Of a stretch of DNA of 64,000 bases, positions 57,095-64,000 are shown piece by piece. Source of the DNA: Nitrososphaerota archaeon (GTDB lineage Archaea > Thermoproteota > Nitrososphaeria_A > Caldarchaeales > Caldarchaeaceae); the NCBI GenBank assembly GCA_041641305.1, contig JBEPYN010000001.1:1-64000 (forward strand), read 5' to 3'. The notes beneath the pieces are model-generated. The model was given only the letters and a program-made list of their open reading frames with translations. It was not told the DNA's origin and ran no database searches. The translations under genes and the position numbers were made by a program. The stretch's first letter is position 1. Every line of letters begins with the position of its first letter.

Positions 57095-57496
57095 ATGCTG
57101 AAGCTGGTTAAACTTACCTGCAGAACACATGTCTACTCGACTGAGAGCATCGAGAAGGTCAAAAAAGCAGTCCAAAATATCTTAGGCGAGACAATCCTGC
57201 AGTCAAACAAGACAAGCCTCACAGGCCATTTCGGAGACAGTATAACCGTTCTGGAATATGTAGGCGAAGACCCCGAGCAAGTGGGCCTGATCTTCAGACG
57301 TGTTGTCTCAAAGGTCGGTATGGGAGTTGTAGGGGTCGAGGAAAGAGGAGCTGGAGGCGGAAAACTACACATTCGTCTCGACAAGCAAAAAGCCTACCTA
57401 GGCGAGGTTGCGGCGGAAGACATCGACCCGATCAAGCTCGAGTTCACGTACGTCGGTGACTGGCGAGAGGCGTTGAAATGGCAAAGCAATACGTAG
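57095..57496 (+). CDS. DUF54-family RNA-binding protein
   Basis: STESIEKVKKA, GHFGD.I, IRLDKQKAYLG; probable start near 57095. Confidence 0.82.
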   Translation: MLKLVKLTCRTHVYSTESIEKVKKAVQNILGETILQSNKTSLTGHFGDSITVLEYVGEDPEQVGLIFRRVVSKVGMGVVGVEERGAGGGKLHIRLDKQKAYLGEVAAEDIDPIKLEFTYVGDWREALKWQSNT

Positions 57497-58089
57497 ATTT
57501 TTACGTAAAGAGGCTCACCGCGGAGATGGCGTCTGCTCTGAGCCTCCAAGGGTTCGAAGCTGTCTGCGTAGAGGAACGCGTGTCCGATGATGTGTTGAAG
57601 GGCATGGATGGATTGAGGGTTTTCCAAAAGGCAGTTGTTGATGCTTATAACAGAGGCGAGGTTTTGGAATTCGCCCGGAAACATTACGGTAAACGGGTTA
57701 TAAGTGTGAGGCCTTTTTCCCGCGAAGCCTTGATGACGGCTGGGCGAGATGAAAGGGTTGCATCGGTGATAGTCCACGGCGAAGTTGCTGATTTTGATAG
57801 ACATGTCGCCGAGGTATTGTTCAACCCGGTTGAAGTAACCGTGGCTGAGTTGGTGAAGTGTTTTCAGAACGTGAATAGTTGGGGAAGGGTTACGAGGTTC
57901 CTGCAACGCGCATCAGTTGTCGGGAAAAAGATAATTGTATCAAGCGGAGCCGCTGATACTGAGGAAATCCTACCGCCTCATCAGCTGGGATATGTGGCAG
58001 CGGCCTTGACCGGTGGAAAAAACCTTTACACGTTGCCCGTCTCGGGAACACCTTTGAAGATTTTGAGGGATAAGGTTTTTGGGCGTTAG
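57478..58089 (+). CDS. rnp3: RNase P subunit Rpp30 (divergent)
   Basis: IVSSGA, VSGTP; lies between DUF54 and pop5. Confidence 0.7.
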   Translation: MAKQYVDFYVKRLTAEMASALSLQGFEAVCVEERVSDDVLKGMDGLRVFQKAVVDAYNRGEVLEFARKHYGKRVISVRPFSREALMTAGRDERVASVIVHGEVADFDRHVAEVLFNPVEVTVAELVKCFQNVNSWGRVTRFLQRASVVGKKIIVSSGAADTEEILPPHQLGYVAAALTGGKNLYTLPVSGTPLKILRDKVFGR

Positions 58090-58387
58090 AGTATACAGGA
58101 TGAGGAAACGATACGTAGCCGTGACATGTAATAATAAGGTTTCTGGCGAGGCTCTTGAAAACGCTGTTAAAGAGTGTTTTACAAGGTTGTATGGGGTTGA
58201 TGGGCTGTTGCAGTCTGGGTTGAGGAGGGTTAGCGTTGGTAGGCCGCATGTCTTCCTCTGTGGACATCTCTGGGTGCCTCGGCTCGTGCTTGCTCTGACC
58301 CTTGTGCGACAAATTGGAGACACGCCCGTAGTCCTCAAGACCACAAAGGTTTCGGGGACGGTTAGAAGCCTATGGAGCACGAAATAA
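58079..58387 (+). CDS. rnp2: RNase P subunit Pop5/Rpp14
   Basis: RKRYV, LYG..G, VSGTVR. Confidence 0.8.
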   Translation: MGVRVYRMRKRYVAVTCNNKVSGEALENAVKECFTRLYGVDGLLQSGLRRVSVGRPHVFLCGHLWVPRLVLALTLVRQIGDTPVVLKTTKVSGTVRSLWSTK

Positions 58388-59043
58388 ACCCAAGCCGAGA
58401 GATACGCGACATCTTGCTAACCATAGCTCTGGCCATGGCCACTCTCTACGCTGGCGGCTCAGCCGCGGCATTCATAGGCCTAAGCAGCATCTGGGCTCCT
58501 CAGCTGGCACTACTCGCCGTAGCTCTCGTCCTCAGCAGAACCGAGATGCTCGTCCCAAACCTCAGAAAACATCGAGGAATATTAACCGGGTTGGCTCTCG
58601 CCCCAGTCGCCACATTCTCAGCCATCATCGCTTCGCTACTTTGGTCAAACATTTTCCCCCAAACCCCCGCAACACGTCAACTAGCAGAGGCACTAACCCC
58701 ATCAACCACAGCCGAGTACCTTCTATACATCGGCCTCACTTTTCTCGTGGTGGCGCCTGCTGAGGAAATTATTTTCCGCGGAATTGTTCACGGCAAATTA
58801 TCAAAGATCATGAAAAGAGGTTTAGCCGATGTCGTTTCTTCAGCTATTTTTGCGGCGGTTCATATGGATTTGTCGAGGCTGGGGCCCACGTTTGTTCTCG
58901 GGCTTTTCCTCGCCTACAGCGTGGACAGAACCCGCTCCCTAACGCCCGCTATTCTAATTCACGCAATAAACAACACAGCCTACATCACCTTATTATTCCT
59001 GAGCTCTTCCACACTTGCTGCAGAAAATCTCGTTCTCCCTTAA
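58372..59043 (+). CDS. CPBP (Abi/CAAX) intramembrane protease
   Basis: EEIIFRG, FAAVH, HAINN. Confidence 0.92.
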   Translation: MEHEINPSREIRDILLTIALAMATLYAGGSAAAFIGLSSIWAPQLALLAVALVLSRTEMLVPNLRKHRGILTGLALAPVATFSAIIASLLWSNIFPQTPATRQLAEALTPSTTAEYLLYIGLTFLVVAPAEEIIFRGIVHGKLSKIMKRGLADVVSSAIFAAVHMDLSRLGPTFVLGLFLAYSVDRTRSLTPAILIHAINNTAYITLLFLSSSTLAAENLVLP

Positions 59044-59856
59044 CCCTGTTCCACAGAACTTGCAGTGGCCGACAATCATGTTTTGAAGCCTGTTCTTCTC
59101 AATTCTCTTAGCGATAAAGAGAGAAGACTCTATCAACAAGACGAGGGGTAGGAATAGGACGGCGTTTCCGACCAGCCAACCGTCTGGTGTTATGATTGCG
59201 ACCAAGATGTAAAGAGCACCGTAGACATAGAGCCTGTTGCGGGTTATGATTTCAGTACTGATTATTCCGAACCTGACGAGGAGGACGAGGACTGCGGGTG
59301 AGGTGAAGACGACCCCGATCAGCAACACTGTGGTGAAGACGAGGCTGTAGAAATCCATGGCGCAAACGGTTGGTAAGACGCCGGCCAACTCGAAGAAGAA
59401 GATCATCGCCCTCATGATGAGAGGTGCTGCGACGAAGTAGCCGAACAAACCTCCAACGGCGAAGAGAGCCGCAAAACCAAGAGTAAACCCGTAGATGAGC
59501 CTCCTCTCATGCGGATACAGAGCAGGATCTACGTAAGCATATGTCTCATAACCTATAACAGGCATTATCGTGGCCAACGCGAGAAAAGCCGCTGCAAGAA
59601 AAATTATCTCAAAAGGGGAAGTCATGGAGCAGCCGATTATCTCGATTCTGTTCGCGGCTAGGTCTGTGACGATTCTTTTCAGTACAAGAGAGACCATGGG
59701 TTCGTAAAACTCTGGGTTGAGCGTGATACCTGTCAAGTCTGCCGGAAAAGCCAACCAGAAAATGAGCGAAACAACGAAAGAAACAATCACAACCTTTACT
59801 CGGTTCTTTAGCTCACGTAGATGCTCGATTAGAGGCATTTCCTTGTCTTTGCTCAA
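58993..59856 (-). CDS. tatC: Twin-arginine translocase TatC with C-terminal zinc ribbon
   Basis: MPLIEHLRELKNR, PALYPHER, ITPD; tail CKFC-x10-CSKC. Confidence 0.92.
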   Translation of the reverse strand: MSKDKEMPLIEHLRELKNRVKVVIVSFVVSLIFWLAFPADLTGITLNPEFYEPMVSLVLKRIVTDLAANRIEIIGCSMTSPFEIIFLAAAFLALATIMPVIGYETYAYVDPALYPHERRLIYGFTLGFAALFAVGGLFGYFVAAPLIMRAMIFFFELAGVLPTVCAMDFYSLVFTTVLLIGVVFTSPAVLVLLVRFGIISTEIITRNRLYVYGALYILVAIITPDGWLVGNAVLFLPLVLLIESSLFIAKRIEKNRLQNMIVGHCKFCGTGLRENEIFCSKCGRAQE

Positions 59857-59897
59857 CCCCTGTCATCCAGAAAAATCGATATAATTAACTTCTTTCC

Positions 59898-60191
59898 CTA
59901 CGCGGCTTTCTGGGATTTTTCCACTATTTCTCTCGCTATCTGGTCTCTTGTTTTGCCCTCGGTTGAGATGTTGAGTGCTCTTGCGACCTCGAGAAGCTTA
60001 TCATCTGGAGGTGTGGAGGGAGATGCTGCAGCCTTCGCCATCTCCTCCTCTAACCCCTTCTGAGCTTTCTCGAACTCGCGTTTAGCTTGTCCAATAGACT
60101 TGGCGATTTTTGGCAATTTATCTGGCCCCCATAGGAAGAGGATTAACACTACGGCGGCCACAACAATCCATTCGACTCCCTGAATCGCCAT
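59898..60191 (-). CDS. tatA: Twin-arginine translocase TatA
   Basis: TM followed by WGPDKLPKIAKSIGQAKREF. Confidence 0.92.
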   Translation of the reverse strand: MAIQGVEWIVVAAVVLILFLWGPDKLPKIAKSIGQAKREFEKAQKGLEEEMAKAAASPSTPPDDKLLEVARALNISTEGKTRDQIAREIVEKSQKAA

Positions 60192-60234
60192 TTTTTCTTC
60201 AGCAAAAATCTCCCGTTGCGGCTTTTAAATTTTG

Positions 60235-61008
60235 CTATCTTAAAACCGCTCCTCCATCAACTATGATGGCTTGGCCGTTTATGAAGCTCGCCATGTCTGA
60301 GCAGAGAAAGCCTGCTACCGCGGCGACCTCTTCAGGCTTTCCCATTCTACCCATGGGCGACTCGGTGGCGAGAGCCCTGTACTCTTCCTCCGTAAGATGT
60401 TGGGTGGATGGTGTTGTTTCGATGCTGCCGAGAACAAGGCTGTAGGCCCTGATTCCGTATCGTCCATATTCGTAGGCGATGTGTTTTGTTAGGCCGAGGA
60501 TGGCTGATTTGGCGAGGGTGTATGCAAGCCCTTTATCATAGCCGGTTATGGCGGGGGTTGAGCTAAAGTTGACGTATACTCCTCCCCTCTGCTTAACCAT
60601 CTGCTCAACGGTGTGTTTAACCATGTTGAAAGACCCGAGCAGGTCAACGCTCATCACCTCGATGATTTCCTGCGAAGTTGTTTCGGAGAGGCCCTTGTTC
60701 CAGAGCTTTGGCTCCAGAACATATCCTGCGACGTTGACAACGGCGTCGAAGCGTCTGAACCGTTCCAGCGTCTTCGCTACAAAGCTTTCCACAGACTTTT
60801 CGTCGGTGACGTTGAGGCTGTCCACATGAACCCTCTTTGAGCCAAACCGCGCAACCCAACCCTTTTCCAATTCACGGAGAACATGCAAACGCCTAGCACC
60901 CGCCGAGACAAGCGCTCCCTGCTCCAGAAACCATTCAACAACAGCTCTTCCTATTTCGCCTGATGCACCCGTGACGATGCATACCTTGCCCTCTAAAATG
61001 CCCATCAT
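60235..61008 (-). CDS. Short-chain dehydrogenase/reductase
   Basis: TGASGEIG, NVAG, YTLAK, VDGG. Confidence 0.92.
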   Translation of the reverse strand: MMGILEGKVCIVTGASGEIGRAVVEWFLEQGALVSAGARRLHVLRELEKGWVARFGSKRVHVDSLNVTDEKSVESFVAKTLERFRRFDAVVNVAGYVLEPKLWNKGLSETTSQEIIEVMSVDLLGSFNMVKHTVEQMVKQRGGVYVNFSSTPAITGYDKGLAYTLAKSAILGLTKHIAYEYGRYGIRAYSLVLGSIETTPSTQHLTEEEYRALATESPMGRMGKPEEVAAVAGFLCSDMASFINGQAIIVDGGAVLR

Positions 61009-61060
61009 GCAATCCCCATAGTTGGCATATTTAAATAGACCATGTGGTCATCTACATCGG

Positions 61061-61543
61061 ATGTCGAAAGACCTCCGCCTCATCGTCAGAGTGCTGAACA
61101 CAGACGTCGACGGAACTCTGAGAATTCCGTATGCACTTGCACGCATCAAGGGTATTGGTGTGAACCTTGGATATGCGATTGCAAGGGTGGCGGGTATAGA
61201 CCCTTCCACAAGGCTGGGACAATTAACCGATAAACAGATAGAGAAAATTGAGCAGATAGCGCGAAACCCAACACGCTTCGGCATACCTGCATGGCTTTTA
61301 AACAGACGGTTTGACCCGGTAACAGGAGAAGACCGGCACCTGACAGGAGCCGACCTCGAGCTGGCCATCAAAGAGGATATCCAGACTATGATGAGGACAA
61401 AAAGCTGGAAAGGAATACGTCACTCGCTGGGTCTAAAGGTCAGAGGGCAGAGGACTCGAACAACCGGTAGAAAAGGCTTGACCGTAGGTGTTTCGAGGAA
61501 GGCGATCGCAGCTGCTACCCAGCCGAAAGAGGAGAAGAAATAG
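61061..61543 (+). CDS. rps13: Ribosomal protein uS13
   Basis: IKGIG, IPAWLLNR, GIRH..GLKVRGQRTRTTGR. Confidence 0.97.
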   Translation: MSKDLRLIVRVLNTDVDGTLRIPYALARIKGIGVNLGYAIARVAGIDPSTRLGQLTDKQIEKIEQIARNPTRFGIPAWLLNRRFDPVTGEDRHLTGADLELAIKEDIQTMMRTKSWKGIRHSLGLKVRGQRTRTTGRKGLTVGVSRKAIAAATQPKEEKK

Positions 61544-61545
61544 TT

Positions 61546-62661
61546 TCAGCCTATTTCTTCCCTAGCCATAGCCGCGCCTAGGACAAGGTTGACCTGTTTC
61601 TGGTATGCAACATCCCAGCTGCGTGTGCGTAGGCCGCAGTCGTTACATGCAACAACTTTCTCCGGATCTCCCAGAGCCCTGGCAGCGTAAATGGCTCTGT
61701 CTCGGACAAGCTCAGGGGGCTCGATAAAGTCTGTGTGGACATCGACCAGCCCGGGAGCCAGTTTAAACCCAACATCATATTCCCTGAAGACCTTTAGAAC
61801 CTCGAAACCTGTTCTCGCATCGGGGTCGATGCCAGGTTTTGTGGTGTCTGCGTTGGAGCAGGATATGGAGAGAACGTCTACCTTGAGCTCGAGTAATGCG
61901 GGGAATAGTGCCTTATAATCTGTGTAACAGATGTGGACGGCTTTCTTGGCACCCACACCGCGGAATGTTTCGTTGATGCTTTCAACCACGAGCTCCGATT
62001 CATGAGGTTTGGTTGCGGCGGCGGGCTCATCCAACTGTATGTACTCAACCCCTTCGCTGTCGAGAGCCTTGACAACTGGCCTCAACACCTCACTAACAAG
62101 GTCGAACACAAATTCTCTTCGCGCAGAGCTCGATCTCGCAGCCAAATCTTCACCCTCTGCGTGTTTTACATAGTATTCGTCAAAAGACCAATCCGCCAAA
62201 GTGTAGGCAGCTGTAACCGGGACTTTCAACGGCTTTCTCGCATATCTCTTGTTGAACTGTAGTTCGTCTACGTGGTAGGGCTGCAGAAGCTTAGGCTTCT
62301 TTACTATAGCGGCTTTGCGGTAGAACTCGTTGTCCCAAACCCTGACCACACCACGGTACTCAAACCCATCGATGTATCTGAGCGGGTGCTCATACATCTC
62401 GACCCTTCTCTGCTCACCATCATAAACAACATCCAATCCCGCGGACTCAAAAAACCTCAGCCCATAAATACATGCCCAATCAACCAACAAATCCTCAGAA
62501 CCTTGGTTGTTTCTGAGCAGTTCGACCAGATCTTCATAATTCTCCACGCCTAGCAACTTTCCCCATTTCTCCGCCTGCTCAACAGCTCTGGACACGTCCC
62601 TAACCCGGAACGGGGCCTTGTTGAGGCTTCCAACCTCGATTACTGGAAACAGCTTGTTCAC
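61546..62661 (-). CDS. Cobalamin-independent methionine synthase, catalytic (C-terminal-type) subunit
   Basis: VGS, DGEQRR, IQLDEPA, HIC, VDVH, DCGLRT. Confidence 0.9.
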   Translation of the reverse strand: MNKLFPVIEVGSLNKAPFRVRDVSRAVEQAEKWGKLLGVENYEDLVELLRNNQGSEDLLVDWACIYGLRFFESAGLDVVYDGEQRRVEMYEHPLRYIDGFEYRGVVRVWDNEFYRKAAIVKKPKLLQPYHVDELQFNKRYARKPLKVPVTAAYTLADWSFDEYYVKHAEGEDLAARSSSARREFVFDLVSEVLRPVVKALDSEGVEYIQLDEPAAATKPHESELVVESINETFRGVGAKKAVHICYTDYKALFPALLELKVDVLSISCSNADTTKPGIDPDARTGFEVLKVFREYDVGFKLAPGLVDVHTDFIEPPELVRDRAIYAARALGDPEKVVACNDCGLRTRSWDVAYQKQVNLVLGAAMAREEIG

Positions 62662-63605
62662 ATCGATTCACCAGCCTTTTTCACTATCGCGCCTAAAACA
62701 TTCATCTTCTTCAAGGCATATTCATGGGGCAGATGCTCGAGTTCGCAGTTGGGTCCCAGATGTATCTCCCCACAGTTAGCGATGGAGGCTACTTTCTTAA
62801 GCAGAGTCAGGGATGAGGCGGGGTCTTCGAGTAACGTGTTTCTGCCGTCAACCAATCCGAGGAAAATGCTTTTCTCAGTATCGAGGCCGCGTAGAGATTC
62901 CACCCGAGTCTTAAACATGTCCAAACCGATGACATCGACAGGAAAATCGAGGAAAGCATCTAGGTTTTTCTCAGCCGAGCCAAACTGGAGATGAAGCATA
63001 ACCTCCCCGCCAACCTTTTTCCTCAGTTTCTCGACAGCGGAGCGCGACATCTCCAACTCCTCTGAAGAAACCTCACCCATCACAAGGGAGGGTGCCGTCA
63101 GCTGAATCTGAGCAAATTCCCCCAATTTTTTCAGATATTGTGCCAAAGCATCAGCCACGTCGTGAACCAATTCATCAAATTTTCCGTAAAAATTGTTTAC
63201 CGCGAGTTTAGAGAAGGTGAAAGGCTCGGGCACAACAATCTTCCTTTTCTCAACCTCGATGAGACGATGGAAAAAAAGAGTCCTGTCCACTCTGTTTCGT
63301 AGGTTGATTTTACCTTTGATTACTGGTGCTTTGTAGAAGAAGTTATTGTCAAACCATCGGCTCAATCCGTTGACCTCCACGTTTTCTAGGGATGATGCAA
63401 AGGGTCGGAGGAGGTCGTTCCAGCCGAGCATCCCGTCTATGAGGTAGGTGAAGCCGTTTTGTCGCTGAGCCTCCACAAAGGCTCTGGAGGTAGTCTCCAG
63501 CTCGTTTAAGAGAGCCTTGTCTGATATCTTGTTCTTCGCTCGGTCTCTGTAGGCTTTTATGAGAGCCTCTGTTCTGGGGAGAGGACCGACGAGGTACACC
63601 TTCAT
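62658..63605 (-). CDS. MetE N-terminal-type (folate-binding) subunit
   Basis: GPLPR, DG..GWND, RWFDNNFFYK, GLVDGRN; no Zn ligands. Confidence 0.8.
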   Translation of the reverse strand: MKVYLVGPLPRTEALIKAYRDRAKNKISDKALLNELETTSRAFVEAQRQNGFTYLIDGMLGWNDLLRPFASSLENVEVNGLSRWFDNNFFYKAPVIKGKINLRNRVDRTLFFHRLIEVEKRKIVVPEPFTFSKLAVNNFYGKFDELVHDVADALAQYLKKLGEFAQIQLTAPSLVMGEVSSEELEMSRSAVEKLRKKVGGEVMLHLQFGSAEKNLDAFLDFPVDVIGLDMFKTRVESLRGLDTEKSIFLGLVDGRNTLLEDPASSLTLLKKVASIANCGEIHLGPNCELEHLPHEYALKKMNVLGAIVKKAGESM

Positions 63606-63606
63606 T

Positions 63607-64000
63607 CTACATCCTTCTCTCGGAGCTGTGGCCTGGGAAGTAGCCGGCCTTCGGATCGATGTAGTTTTTGGCCACGTTTACCGCTACGGCTGCTTGCGCA
63701 AACCCGATAACGAGGAGCGCTAGCTTCACAGAGTCTGGCTGAACCGCTATGTCTCCAGCGGCGTAGACACCTGGGATGTTAGTCTCACACCTGGCGTTGA
63801 TTTTGATGGCGTTGCCCTCCATTTCTAGCCCCCATTTTTTGAAGAGAGAAACATCAACTATGTGTCCCAGCTGAAGCAGCAGCGCATCACATTCGATTGT
63901 CGTTTCCTCTCCTGTTTTGTTGTTGTAGATCTTTATCTTTTCTAGGTGGTTGTCGCCGTATGCTTCTTTGACCTCGTAGGGTATGAGGACTTTAACTGCC
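63607..64000 (-). CDS. TrxB-like ferredoxin-NADP+ reductase (YumC-like), C-terminal part only
   Basis: ETNIPGVYAAGDIA, GFAQAAVAVN, FPGHSS; frame open to the window edge. Confidence 0.75.
   Translation of the reverse strand, partial: AVKVLIPYEVKEAYGDNHLEKIKIYNNKTGEETTIECDALLLQLGHIVDVSLFKKWGLEMEGNAIKINARCETNIPGVYAAGDIAVQPDSVKLALLVIGFAQAAVAVNVAKNYIDPKAGYFPGHSSERRM

Overview
Densely packed archaeal chromosomal DNA. Informational genes (EF-1a, eS/eL ribosomal proteins, aIF2g, aIF5B, KEOPS, Csl4, TFS) and a chorismate mutase-aminotransferase fusion point to a TACK archaeon, most like Aigarchaeota/Caldarchaeales (inference). About 70 CDS and two intron-less tRNAs (Ser-GCT, Arg-TCG); no rRNA, CRISPR, integrase or transposase seen. 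The best candidate for an undescribed system is 1-8559: a Mo-hydroxylase large subunit, a dedicated ECF importer, an enamidase-like amidohydrolase with altered metal ligands, a UbiD decarboxylase and an F420/LLM reductase. Together they look like an N-heteroaromatic (pyridine-carboxylate-like) uptake and ring-opening pathway. Other highlights: a 159-aa mini-intein in the aIF5B P-loop; a k-turn hairpin over the SD and AUG of rpl7ae; a tRNA-bounded islet with a GT2 glycosyltransferase and an anchored partner; pervasive local inversions in conserved operons; sub-gene patches of G/T versus A/C skew; a probable CTG start; truncated eL15; TatC with a zinc ribbon; and split MetE. All calls come from motif recognition by eye; no database searches were run.
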